Source: a virus. From it: 41,550 nt of DNA. The position numbers were made by a program, and so were the translations under genes. The notes beneath the pieces were generated by a model that had not been told where the DNA came from, made no database searches, and worked only from the letters and a program-made list of their open reading frames with translations. Of this stretch, positions 1-8,802 are shown piece after piece; the stretch's first letter is position 1, and each line of letters begins with the position of its first letter. The stretch is from IMG/VR virus record IMGVR_UViG_3300045988_077180; one strand, given 5' to 3'.

Positions 1-426
1 AAAGAAATGTTAAAACAAAAAGCTGATTTTGAAAAAGAAGTGTTGAACAAGTATTATATCTTGGAGAAAGATGGATCTTGTTGGTTGACTAGCTCATATG
101 GTCGAGGGACTGTTATTCAAAGTGTAAAACGTGGGTTAGTGTTTAAGACTGAAGATGCTGCTATTAAGTATGATAAAAAACGTCGTTTAATAAAAGATAT
201 GGAAGATTGGGCTGCAATATATAATGATGGGTGGCGTCCTAATTGGTGCAATGTTCATCAAGATAAGTATTGTGTTGAGTTAACAACATCTACTGGACAC
301 TTTTATATTGCTAGGAGAAATGCTATTAATCATATAGGGTTGTTACCTTGTTTTAAAACACATCAAATAGCAGTAGAGTTTATAGCTAAGTTTGGTATGT
401 CGATTAAAATGAATTTATTAGATTAA
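1..426 (+). CDS. Hypothetical early protein (3' part; true start 41481 across the circular junction); paralog of 438..938
   Basis: The frame is open from nt 1. The C-terminal block GW..NW...DKY....NHIGLLPCFKT..IA.EFI..FG aligns with the next ORF. Confidence 0.7.
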   Translation, partial: KEMLKQKADFEKEVLNKYYILEKDGSCWLTSSYGRGTVIQSVKRGLVFKTEDAAIKYDKKRRLIKDMEDWAAIYNDGWRPNWCNVHQDKYCVELTTSTGHFYIARRNAINHIGLLPCFKTHQIAVEFIAKFGMSIKMNLLD

Positions 427-437
427 AGGAGAATAGC

Positions 438-938
438 ATGAATAAAGAAGAATTAATAAAAGAATTTGACGAAAGACAAAAAGCATTAAGAGATGAATTT
501 ATTGCTAAGTTAGAAGATGATAAGAAAAAGTTTAAACTGACTTATCCAGAAAATGATGAAATTGTATATTATATCGATAGTGATGATGGTGAAATATGTG
601 ACACACCTTATTTCTCTAATAATAAACATGATATAAAACTATTTGAACACGGTCTATATTTCAATACAGAACAAGAAGCTGAACAACATTTAAAAGAACG
701 TAAGCTATTGTTTAAACTACATCAATGGGCTAAAGAAAAAAACGGAGGTTGGGAGCTAGATTGGAGTAATTATGATAACAAGTACGTTGTGTATTACAAT
801 GATAAAACAGGTTTTCTAGGAATAAATACATATAATTGGAGTAATCACATCTCACTCTTACCAACTTTCAAAACAAGAAAAATAGCCCAAGAGTGTATTG
901 ACATATTCGGAGATGAAATTAAAGAGGTGTTGTGCTAA
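438..938 (+). CDS. Hypothetical early protein, tandem paralog of the preceding gene
   Basis: AGGAG RBS and ATG. Shares GGWELDW..NKY....NHISLLPTFKTRKIAQECIDIFG with ORF 1..426. Confidence 0.75.
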   Translation: MNKEELIKEFDERQKALRDEFIAKLEDDKKKFKLTYPENDEIVYYIDSDDGEICDTPYFSNNKHDIKLFEHGLYFNTEQEAEQHLKERKLLFKLHQWAKEKNGGWELDWSNYDNKYVVYYNDKTGFLGINTYNWSNHISLLPTFKTRKIAQECIDIFGDEIKEVLC

Positions 939-942
939 TGGA
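923..942 (+). repeat. 20-nt exact direct repeat (copy 1) AGAGGTGTTGTGCTAATGGA at a gene junction
   Basis: Identical 20-mer at 41466-41485. Each copy carries a GAGGTG RBS plus the ATG of the next gene. Confidence 0.9.
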
Positions 943-1087
943 GAAATACTTAGAAAAAATAGAAAGAACATTAGAGAAAATAGGAAAAGGAATGACTGAA
1001 AAATATTTTAGAACAACAATGCTTGTGTTGTTAATAATATTAATAATTACATTTATTTGGTTTATGGATGCTTTAAATAATTTATAG
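938..1087 (+). CDS. Small membrane protein (49 aa), hypothetical
   Basis: The ATG overlaps the upstream TAA (TAATG) and follows a GAGGTG RBS. One hydrophobic helix: MLVLLIILIITFIWF. Confidence 0.5.
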   Translation: MEKYLEKIERTLEKIGKGMTEKYFRTTMLVLLIILIITFIWFMDALNNL

Positions 1088-1098
1088 AGGAGATAACC

Positions 1099-1266
1099 AT
1101 GATAGAAATACAAGGTAAAGAAAATAAAGATCATATAGAATTAGATATGTTAGAACTTGCAGTAGCGTTAAGCTTACTATATCAAAAATCATATGCAAGA
1201 GATGTACCAGATTTTATAGAAGATTTACAGAAAGAAAAAATAATAGTTAAGGTTAAGGAGAAATAA
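1099..1266 (+). CDS. Small hypothetical protein (55 aa)
   Basis: GAGGAG RBS 6 nt upstream of the ATG. Tightly packed with its neighbours. Confidence 0.5.
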   Translation: MIEIQGKENKDHIELDMLELAVALSLLYQKSYARDVPDFIEDLQKEKIIVKVKEK

Positions 1267-1437
1267 ATGAATTTTCTTAAAAAAATTAAGAGATTGATAT
1301 TCGGAGAAAGTTTAACTATAAATCAAGAAGAATTAAAAAGGTTAGCTAAATATATTTCAGAACATTCAAGTATAGAAACAATAAGTGTTAAAAATTTAAA
1401 AGTAGAAAGTTTAGAGAACAGAAAGGATAAGGAATAA
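1267..1437 (+). CDS. Small hypothetical protein (56 aa)
   Basis: AAGGAG RBS. The ATG directly follows the upstream TAA. Confidence 0.5.
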   Translation: MNFLKKIKRLIFGESLTINQEELKRLAKYISEHSSIETISVKNLKVESLENRKDKE

Positions 1438-1443
1438 AAGGCA

Positions 1444-1560
1444 ATGATTAAAATATTAGCATTAACAATCGTAGGAGTAATGTGTGTGATAGCATTAAGT
1501 TTTCTAATATTTATAATCAGGTATTATAGGGGTGATTTTAGTGATAAGAAATCTAGTTAA
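1444..1560 (+). CDS. Small membrane protein (38 aa), hypothetical
   Basis: ATG at 1444. Single TM helix: ILALTIVGVMCVIALSFLIFII. Confidence 0.4.
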   Translation: MIKILALTIVGVMCVIALSFLIFIIRYYRGDFSDKKSS

Positions 1561-2248
1561 GTTTTATCCATCAGTGATGGAAGAGTTAGAAAAAGATATA
1601 TCATTATCAGGAGATGATTATGATACTTACAAATATATTTACAACATGATGTTGAAAGATAAATACATAATGACACTTGATGATTTAAGTGAGTTAAATA
1701 AACTAGGAGACTTTGACTTAGACAAACATATATATTGTTACTTACATACAATGAGTGAGAATGTTGAGTTAGTTAAGTTTGACATGGGATACTTAGACTA
1801 CTTAGAAGAACTTATATCTGAGACAAGGACTAAAGGTAGCAATAAGTTTAATGTATTACAGGTAAGAAGACTTATAGGTAAGCGTCAAGGTAATCATATT
1901 AAGAAGATATATTTTAGAAGAATAGAATATCTTCTTGGTATGCAGCTAGATAGATTCATTGATTCAGTTGTTGTAGTTGGAACTAGAATTAATGTGAGAG
2001 CAAGAGAAGAACGTAATGAAGAAATAGTTTATGCAATAGCACGAAGATTAAGTGTTAAGTATGGTTACGGTTATGCTATTAACTTTGAAAACAAGACTAT
2101 TACAATAAATAAAGAAGTCAAGTTACACTGGATTAAATCAAACATGTATCACAGGAAAGAGTGGTTGTTTGAACTTAATGGAGACATAAATACAATGTGT
2201 AAAGTAATTGATAAAATTTGTTGTCGTGAACTATTTAAAAGCGTTTAG
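1532..2248 (+). CDS. Hypothetical protein (about 235 aa); start uncertain (GTG 1532/1541 or ATG 1577)
   Basis: Long ORF in the coding strand context with an AGGGG RBS before GTG 1541. No motif recognised. Confidence 0.6.
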   Translation: MILVIRNLVKFYPSVMEELEKDISLSGDDYDTYKYIYNMMLKDKYIMTLDDLSELNKLGDFDLDKHIYCYLHTMSENVELVKFDMGYLDYLEELISETRTKGSNKFNVLQVRRLIGKRQGNHIKKIYFRRIEYLLGMQLDRFIDSVVVVGTRINVRAREERNEEIVYAIARRLSVKYGYGYAINFENKTITINKEVKLHWIKSNMYHRKEWLFELNGDINTMCKVIDKICCRELFKSV

Positions 2249-2373
2249 AATATTTATATAATAATAATAAAGCTAGGTCGATCATAATATATGTGAAAGC
2301 TTCTCCAAAATAATATTTACAAGCAGTCGTTGGTTTTTCCTAGCTTTCCCAACATACTTTTAAATTAGGTGGA

Positions 2374-2772
2374 ATGATGAATAAGAAATTTAATTATACA
2401 AGGAATGATGTTGACTATTATTTAGAAGCATATCCTAAGATAAAGAAACAACTTAATATTTATTTGAAAGATAAATTATCTGGAGATGATGAAATAAAAA
2501 CTAATAATAGTAATTTCAATAATAGTAATGAGAATAATATAATAAATAAATTATCTGACTATGACTTTGAGAAAGATGATTATGCTATTAAGTGTGTAGA
2601 TAGATTAGAACATAGCTTAGTAGATGTACGTGATAAGAAGATTCTTAAGTTTCGTTACACTTACAAGTTAACAGTTGAAGAAGTAGCAACTGAAGTTTGT
2701 TATCATACTAGAACTGTAGAAAGAAGATTACAAAGTCTAAAGGATAAATTGTTTTATATTTTAAACTCATAA
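2374..2772 (+). CDS. Putative late-gene transcriptional regulator, sigma-70 region-4-like HTH (ArpU/RinA-like position)
   Basis: C-terminal KILKFRYTYKLTVEEVATEVCYHTRTVERRLQSLKDKL resembles a sigma region 4 HTH. It is the last gene before the HNH/terminase block. Has an Asn-rich insert. Confidence 0.5.
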   Translation: MMNKKFNYTRNDVDYYLEAYPKIKKQLNIYLKDKLSGDDEIKTNNSNFNNSNENNIINKLSDYDFEKDDYAIKCVDRLEHSLVDVRDKKILKFRYTYKLTVEEVATEVCYHTRTVERRLQSLKDKLFYILNS

Positions 2773-2778
2773 TAAAAG

Positions 2779-2812
2779 TTGTCGGGTTTGTCGGGTTTGT
2801 CTATGATATAAT
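2779..2812 (+). promoter_or_regulatory. Putative late promoter: 2.6 copies of TTGTCGGGT over the -35 position plus an extended -10 TGATATAAT
   Basis: TTGTCGGGT TTGTCGGGT TTGTC at 2779-2801; TG at 2804-2805; TATAAT at 2807-2812. There is no -35 consensus, which suggests activator dependence. Confidence 0.5.
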
Positions 2813-2835
2813 AGTAGTATGAGATTAATATAATT

Positions 2836-2871
2836 GAGAGATATTAAAATAAATAATATCTCTCTTTTTTT
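2836..2871 (+). terminator. Rho-independent terminator directly downstream of the putative late promoter
   Basis: GAGAGATATT, a 9-nt loop, AATATCTCTC, then a run of 7 T. Confidence 0.7.
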
Positions 2872-2877
2872 GTTGAG

Positions 2878-3210
2878 GTGGATATGAAGGAATGTAAACA
2901 TCATAAATGTAGAACGCTAATCAGTAAGGGAACTTACTGTGATAAACATAAACAATCACAAAACAAATATTACAATGACCAACGTAAGCATGATGAGGTC
3001 ATGAAGTTCTATCGAAGTAAAGAGTGGAAGGAAGCTAGACAGCAGGCATTGAAGCGTGACTGTTTCACATGTAGCATGTGTGGTGGTCTAGCTAACCTGG
3101 TACATCACAAGATAGAAGTACGAACAGATTGGAACAAGCGACTTGAGATGAGCAACCTCGAGTGTGTGTGTAGAGAGTGCCACAACAAGATTGAGCATTA
3201 CAAGAAGTAG
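2878..3210 (+). CDS. HNH endonuclease associated with the terminase (packaging HNH); start GTG 2878 or ATG 2884
   Basis: CSMCGG...HHKIEV...CRECHNKIEH motifs. Lies immediately upstream of the cos-like island and TerS. Confidence 0.85.
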   Translation: MDMKECKHHKCRTLISKGTYCDKHKQSQNKYYNDQRKHDEVMKFYRSKEWKEARQQALKRDCFTCSMCGGLANLVHHKIEVRTDWNKRLEMSNLECVCRECHNKIEHYKK

Positions 3211-3296
3211 GGGGTGGTTATTTCCTGGGGTATACCCCCCGTGAAAAATCTCGGACGACCAATCTCCCCAGGAGCGGGCGGGAGTCATTCGTACGC
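3211..3296. other. GC-rich island, candidate cos / terminase recognition site
   Basis: Sharp GC spike in an AT-rich genome between HNH and TerS. Contains the palindrome GGGGTATACCCC (3227-3238), inverted CCTGGGG (3224-3230) / CCCCAGG (3266-3272), and GGAGCGGGCGGGAG. Confidence 0.5.
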
Positions 3297-3341
3297 AAAA
3301 TGCATTTAATTATTTTTTTCAAATAAAGTAAATTTAGAAAG

Positions 3342-3908
3342 GTGGTGATGATTTTGGCAAGGAAAGCAGAACCAATGTCTCTCAAGGTTTTGAGTGGAAA
3401 AAGACAAGGTGTTTCAAAGCAAAAATTAGAGGCTAGAAAACAGGTAGAATCCGAGTTAAAATTACCAAAAGATAAACTAAAGCCACCTAAGTGGTTAGGT
3501 GACTTAGCAAAGAAAGAATTTAGGTTTATAGTTGCACAAGCGGACTCAATAGACTTACTAAATAATCTAGACTTACACGTGTTAGCTATTTATTGTGACA
3601 CTTACGAAAAATACGTAGACTGTAGTCAGATTATACAACGTGACGGATTAATGACAGACCAAGGTTATAACAAAGAAACAGAACGTGAGCTTAGACGACA
3701 CGGTAAACTAGTTGAAGCAGAACGAACTAAAGATTATGGACTTGGACAACATCCATTACTGATTAGACAAAAAGATTTATTTAACACACTCAAATCTCTA
3801 CAATCTGAACTAGGATTGACACCAGTAGCAAGGGCGAAAATTGCTATGGATAAAGCTTATTCAGAAGCTCCTGTAGATCCTGTAAAAGAAAGGTTTGCTA
3901 ACCTATAA
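3342..3908 (+). CDS. terS: Terminase small subunit, P27-like family (start uncertain: 3342-3375)
   Basis: LKVLSGKR..., PKWL...AKKEF, LAIYCDTYEKY and ELGLTPVARAKI are typical of P27-type TerS. Stop overlaps the TerL start. Confidence 0.8.
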   Translation: MVMILARKAEPMSLKVLSGKRQGVSKQKLEARKQVESELKLPKDKLKPPKWLGDLAKKEFRFIVAQADSIDLLNNLDLHVLAIYCDTYEKYVDCSQIIQRDGLMTDQGYNKETERELRRHGKLVEAERTKDYGLGQHPLLIRQKDLFNTLKSLQSELGLTPVARAKIAMDKAYSEAPVDPVKERFANL

Positions 3909-5593
3909 TGTTAAAGGATGCAATGAAGGAGTGGGCGAGACAAGCAGTTGATGGAGAACGAATAGCATGTGAAAAAGAGAAATGGGCGTGTTTAAGATTT
4001 ATAAAAGATTTAGAAAGAGAGGGAACTGAAGAGTTTCCTTTTATTTTTGATGATGATAAAGCTATGAATTTTTTAGAATGGATGTCATTATTTAAACACA
4101 CTAAAGGTAAACTAGCTGGACAAAATATAGATCCTGCTCCGATTCAGATATTTAACTGGTCTAACATTTATGGGTGGATTCATAAAGATACTGGTGTAAG
4201 AAGATTTAGAAAGTTTTACTATCAGGTAGGACGTAAGAACGCTAAATCACAAGATGTAGCTTGTTGTTTATCTTATGAAATATCAGCTTTTGGAGAATCA
4301 TCATCAGAAGCATATATAGGAGCAACAAAGCGAGACCAAGCAAACATTGTGTTTAAAGAAATAAAAGCACAAATACAAGGTAGTCAAATCAGAAATAGAT
4401 TTAAAATTACACGTAGCTTAATTGAACATGAGAAAAGCAACAGTTATATTATGGCTCTTTCTCGTGATTCTGGAAAGACAGCAGACGGATTTAACCCACA
4501 GGTCGGAGCAATGGACGAGTATCACGCACACCCTACAGATGAAATACTAGACGTAATAGAATCTGGACAAGGTGCGAGAAGTCAACCCTTGATAGTCATT
4601 ATTACAACAGCAGGATTCAATTTAAACAATCCGTGTTACTCAACTGAATATGATTATGTTAGTAAATTATTAGATCCTAATAATCCAGTTGAAAATAATG
4701 GTTATTACGCTATGGTTTGTGAGTTAGATAAAGGAGACGATATAAAAGATGAGTCGAATTGGGTGAAAGCTAATCCAATACTAGCTAGTTATTCGGAGGG
4801 TGTGAAATTCTTACGTGAAAGATTAAAAGAAGCTCTTGATAAGCCAGAAACAATGTCTAAATTCTTAACAAAGAATATGAATATCTGGGTAAATGCTCCA
4901 GAAAATAAATATATGGACATGGGAAAATGGAAGCTTTGCGAAGTATCAGATGATGAACTAGAAGGTAAACCGTGTTTTGTTGGAGTTGACTTATCAAAAA
5001 GGCTAGACTTAACAGCGGTTACTTCTATATTCGTATTAGGTGATGATAAATACGCAATACGTAGTAAAGGTTTTATGCCAGAAGATATGTTGTTTCAACG
5101 TATGAATACAGACCGTGTTAACTACTCTCAATGGATAGAGGAAGGTTGGATTGTTAAGACACCAGGAGAAGTAATCGATTATGATTTTGTAATTGATTAT
5201 ATTGAGGAATTAAGAAACAAATATAGCGTTCAAGAAGTGTGTTATGACCCATACAACGCTACTCAATGGTCTCAAACAATGGAAAAACTAGGTTATTTAA
5301 TGGTTGAAGTCAGACAAGGTGTATTAACTTTAAATGAGCCAACAAAACATTTTAGAGAATGTGTTTACGAAGGCAAAATACATCATGACGGGAACAAAGC
5401 TCTCACATGGTGTATGGGTAACGCAGTAACAAAATCAGATGCTCAAGATAACATTATGTTGGATAAGAAAAAATCTAGCGATAGGATAGATATGGCAGCG
5501 GCTGGTATTTTCGCTTTTACACGTGCAATGTACAGCGACAATATAAGCTATGATTTAAATGAAATGATAGATAAAGGAGAATTTAGTTTCTAG
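3908..5593 (+). CDS. terL: Terminase large subunit (Terminase_1-type)
   Basis: 561 aa. Walker A-like GRKNAKS and Walker B-like MDEYHAH. ATG overlaps the TerS TAA. Position and size fit. Confidence 0.9.
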   Translation: MLKDAMKEWARQAVDGERIACEKEKWACLRFIKDLEREGTEEFPFIFDDDKAMNFLEWMSLFKHTKGKLAGQNIDPAPIQIFNWSNIYGWIHKDTGVRRFRKFYYQVGRKNAKSQDVACCLSYEISAFGESSSEAYIGATKRDQANIVFKEIKAQIQGSQIRNRFKITRSLIEHEKSNSYIMALSRDSGKTADGFNPQVGAMDEYHAHPTDEILDVIESGQGARSQPLIVIITTAGFNLNNPCYSTEYDYVSKLLDPNNPVENNGYYAMVCELDKGDDIKDESNWVKANPILASYSEGVKFLRERLKEALDKPETMSKFLTKNMNIWVNAPENKYMDMGKWKLCEVSDDELEGKPCFVGVDLSKRLDLTAVTSIFVLGDDKYAIRSKGFMPEDMLFQRMNTDRVNYSQWIEEGWIVKTPGEVIDYDFVIDYIEELRNKYSVQEVCYDPYNATQWSQTMEKLGYLMVEVRQGVLTLNEPTKHFRECVYEGKIHHDGNKALTWCMGNAVTKSDAQDNIMLDKKKSSDRIDMAAAGIFAFTRAMYSDNISYDLNEMIDKGEFSF

Positions 5594-5748
5594 TGAAAAC
5601 ATTATTACAAATATTAATAGGATTATTATTCTTAGCAAGCCTTGTGTCTTTTGTGTACGCAGGCTTTTTATTTTGTAAAACAATAGGTTTCATAGTGTTA
5701 GGAGCAGTCTTAATGTTGTGTAGCTATGTTTTAGAAAGACAACTTTAG
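5593..5748 (+). CDS. Small two-helix membrane protein (51 aa), hypothetical
   Basis: GTG overlaps the TerL TAG. The product is almost entirely hydrophobic (LLQILIGLLFLASLVSFVYAGFLF...). Confidence 0.35.
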   Translation: MKTLLQILIGLLFLASLVSFVYAGFLFCKTIGFIVLGAVLMLCSYVLERQL

Positions 5749-5773
5749 CTTTGAAAGGAGGTGAGAAAAGAGG

Positions 5774-7024
5774 ATGATATTTAGAAATAAAACACCGACA
5801 GGTGGAAATGAGTTAAGTGATTTAAGAAATCCAGCAGACTGGTTTTTAAACATATTTAATAGCAGCAGAAATACTATTAATGAAGAAAGTGCTATTAATA
5901 CATCAGAGGTGTACAGCTCTGTAAAAGTACTATCTGATGACTTAGCAAAATACCCGTTGAACTTATTACAAGACGTAAACGGAACAGTGGAAAAAGCGAA
6001 ACATCATACAGCATATCCGTTGCTTAAGGATCAACCAAATAGAAACATGACTTCTTTTGAGTGGAAACACTTAGTAATGACACAATTAAATTTGTGGGGA
6101 AATAGTTATCACTATCTAGAAATAGATAAGCGAGGACAAGTAAAAGAAATCGTACCGTTAGATCCTAGAGAAACAAAAGTATTATACAACGCAGAAACTA
6201 ACACTGTAACGTATCACACAATGTATAAAGGGAAACCAATGGTATTAAATAGCGAAGAGTTGCTACATTTTAAAAACTTGTCAATTAATGGATTAATTGG
6301 GCGTTCTCCAGTTCAAGTACTAAGGGAAAGTATTCAAGGTAACCAAAAAGGACGTGAAATGGCTTCTAATTTATTCAAAAGGGAAGGTATTCCACTTGCA
6401 ATACTTAAGTCAACACGTACACCCTTAACAACTGAAAATAAAGAAACAGTAGCGGAATCATGGAAAAAGCACCTTGAAAATAATAACGTTGCTATATTAA
6501 ATCCGGATATAGATTATCAAAGTGTGGGAATACCTCAATCTGATGCACAGTTTATTGAAACAATGAAATACAATAAGGCAGAAATTGCTAGTATTTTTAA
6601 AGTTCCTCCATATAAATATGGAGATTACAGCGGATTAACTCACTCTAACGCTCTAACACAATCAATGGACTATGTGAAAAACGTTATGTTACCTTATGTA
6701 ACCAATATTGAATCTGAGTTAAATTCTAAGATACTAACAGAACTAGATAAAAAGCGTGGATATTATTTCAAATTCAATATGGAAGCAGAATTAAGAGCAG
6801 ACCAAAAATCACGAGCAGAATTTTACGAGAAAATGCAACATGTCGGAGTTTACACAATCAACGACATATTACGTTCAGAGGATATGTCAACGATAGATAA
6901 CGAGTATGGAGAAATGCGATTCATGTCATTAAACTATGCTCCAGTAGACACAATTAAAGAATATCAATTATGGAAAGCAGGTGCGAAAGGTAATGCAAAA
7001 GTGGAAGATGAAAGCCTTGAATGA
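5774..7024 (+). CDS. Portal protein, HK97 family-like
   Basis: 416 aa, lying between TerL and the ClpP-like protease. GGAGGTG RBS. Confidence 0.85.
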   Translation: MIFRNKTPTGGNELSDLRNPADWFLNIFNSSRNTINEESAINTSEVYSSVKVLSDDLAKYPLNLLQDVNGTVEKAKHHTAYPLLKDQPNRNMTSFEWKHLVMTQLNLWGNSYHYLEIDKRGQVKEIVPLDPRETKVLYNAETNTVTYHTMYKGKPMVLNSEELLHFKNLSINGLIGRSPVQVLRESIQGNQKGREMASNLFKREGIPLAILKSTRTPLTTENKETVAESWKKHLENNNVAILNPDIDYQSVGIPQSDAQFIETMKYNKAEIASIFKVPPYKYGDYSGLTHSNALTQSMDYVKNVMLPYVTNIESELNSKILTELDKKRGYYFKFNMEAELRADQKSRAEFYEKMQHVGVYTINDILRSEDMSTIDNEYGEMRFMSLNYAPVDTIKEYQLWKAGAKGNAKVEDESLE

Positions 7025-7670
7025 TGGAAAGGCAGAAATTTTCATCTATTCTGACATTGGATATGACTGGTGGGAAGATAAATCGACAGCACAATTATTC
7101 GCAGAAGAATTAAAAAATTTAGGTGATGTAAGTTCAATAGACCTACATATTAATTCAAATGGCGGAGATGTGTTTGACGGTCAAGCAATTCACACATTAA
7201 TCAAGAATCATAAGGGATTTGTGACAGCATATATTGATGGTTTAGCTGCATCTATTGCAACAGTAATAGCAATGGGGGCTGATAAAGTAATAATGCCAAA
7301 AAATGCAATGATGATGATACATAATGCATGGACAGGATTATATGGTAATGCAAACGACTTAAGAAAAATGGCTGATGATTTAGATCATATCAATGACACA
7401 ATAGTAAATACTTATCTTGCAAAAGTTAAAGATAAGACAGATGAAGCTACAATTAGAGATTTAATGAATAAAGAAAGCTGGTTAAATGCAGAAGAATGTT
7501 TAAATTTAGGTCTTTGTGATGAAGTTTCAGAGCCAGTTAAAATGGCAGCGTGCTTAACTAAAGAACAAGCACACAAATTTAAAAATGCTCCAAAAGAATT
7601 AATTAAAGAAAACTATGAATATCAAACGGAGCGAGCAAAACAATATTTAGAATTTTTGGAGGTAATCTAG
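7008..7670 (+). CDS. Prohead maturation protease, ClpP-like (S14)
   Basis: HINSNGGDV, DGLAASIATVIAMG (Ser) and MMIHNAW (His) motifs. Probable start ATG 7008 inside the portal 3' end. Confidence 0.85.
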   Translation: MKALNDGKAEIFIYSDIGYDWWEDKSTAQLFAEELKNLGDVSSIDLHINSNGGDVFDGQAIHTLIKNHKGFVTAYIDGLAASIATVIAMGADKVIMPKNAMMMIHNAWTGLYGNANDLRKMADDLDHINDTIVNTYLAKVKDKTDEATIRDLMNKESWLNAEECLNLGLCDEVSEPVKMAACLTKEQAHKFKNAPKELIKENYEYQTERAKQYLEFLEVI

Positions 7671-8798
7671 ATGAATATGAATAAAAGATTAAGAGAATTA
7701 ATGCAATTAAAAGCAGAAAAAGTAACTATGGCAGAAAATGCTATTAACAATAAAGAAACTGAGTTAGCAAACTCATTAATGGAAGAAATCAAAGGATATA
7801 CAGAAGAAATTAACCAAATTCAAAACCTAATCTCATACAAAAATGATGATAAAGTTGTGGATTTAGGAGAAGAGAAAAAAGAAGAAACAGGACTAGTAGC
7901 TGTTAAAAACTATATCAAATCAGGTATCGTTAATGCAGCTGGACCACTTAAAGAATCAGAAGGAGAAAACGGTGGTTACTTAGTACCAGAAGATGTAAGA
8001 ACTGCAATTAATGAGTATAGACGTTCATTTGTATCTTTAAAAGATTACGTTGATGTTCGTTCAGTAGTAGTTCCATCAGGAAGTGAAGTATATGAAAAAA
8101 CAAGTCAATTAACTGGACTTACTAACATTACTGAATTAGGAGAAATCCAAGAAATGAACGCAGAAGTATTCGAAAGAATCACTTACAAAGTTAAAGATTT
8201 CGGAGGAATCTTACCTGTGTCACGTTTCTTATTACAAGACTCTCCAGAGAACTTACTTGCTTACTTAGGTAAATGGTTCATGAAGAAACAAGTAGTAACA
8301 GAAAACAAAGAAATTATTACTGTGTTAAAAACTTTAACTAAAAAAGCAATTACTAAAGTTGATGAAATCAAAGAAGCTTTCAACGTAACATTAGATCCTA
8401 TCTTTTTAGATAATACAAAAGTATTAACTAACCAATCAGGATTTAACGTTTTAGATAGCTTAAAAGACAAAAACGGAAACTACTTATTACAACCAGTAGT
8501 GACAGATCCAACAAAACGTACTTTATTTGGTAAAGAAGTAATTGTATTACCTGATACACACTTACCAAATGAAGCAGCTAACAAATTCCCACTATATGTA
8601 GGAGATTTAAAAGAAGCTGTGCGTGTATATGAATTAAATGAATTAGAAATCAAATCAACTGATGTTGGTGGTAAATCATTCACACGTAACTCTTATGACA
8701 CTCGTTTAATCACTCGCTTTGATGTTAAAGCAGTAGATAAAGAAGCTGTTGTAAAATTAGAGTTTGGAAAAGACTTAACACTAGTAGCTGGAGCGTAA
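7671..8798 (+). CDS. Major capsid protein, HK97 family-like
   Basis: 375 aa. N-terminal coiled-coil delta region followed by a GGYLVPE motif. Follows the protease. Confidence 0.85.
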   Translation: MNMNKRLRELMQLKAEKVTMAENAINNKETELANSLMEEIKGYTEEINQIQNLISYKNDDKVVDLGEEKKEETGLVAVKNYIKSGIVNAAGPLKESEGENGGYLVPEDVRTAINEYRRSFVSLKDYVDVRSVVVPSGSEVYEKTSQLTGLTNITELGEIQEMNAEVFERITYKVKDFGGILPVSRFLLQDSPENLLAYLGKWFMKKQVVTENKEIITVLKTLTKKAITKVDEIKEAFNVTLDPIFLDNTKVLTNQSGFNVLDSLKDKNGNYLLQPVVTDPTKRTLFGKEVIVLPDTHLPNEAANKFPLYVGDLKEAVRVYELNELEIKSTDVGGKSFTRNSYDTRLITRFDVKAVDKEAVVKLEFGKDLTLVAGA

Positions 8799-8802
8799 GA
8801 CT

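Noticed and set aside
919-1134. A - strand 71-aa ORF. The same applies to the other antisense or embedded ORFs in the track: 1557-1751, 3088-3288, 3898-4101, 8261-8470, 8480-8683, 9936-10340, 10383-10595, 12451-12723, 13021-13338, 13369-13680, 14002-14229, 15364-15573, 15601-15846, 16175-16366, 17899-18105, 18692-18922, 19993-20223, 20325-20687, 20994-21182, 22661-22975, 23078-23410, 25734-26024, 26058-26381, 27949-28131, 28161-28361, 29666-29881, 31129-31320, 32271-32474, 34074-34274, 36895-37107, 39533-39811, 40143-40442, 41088-41291.
   Set aside because: Each lies entirely antisense to, or nested in, a well-supported gene. They lack an RBS and have low-complexity Leu/Ser/Phe/Ile-rich translations typical of the reverse frame of AT-rich coding DNA.
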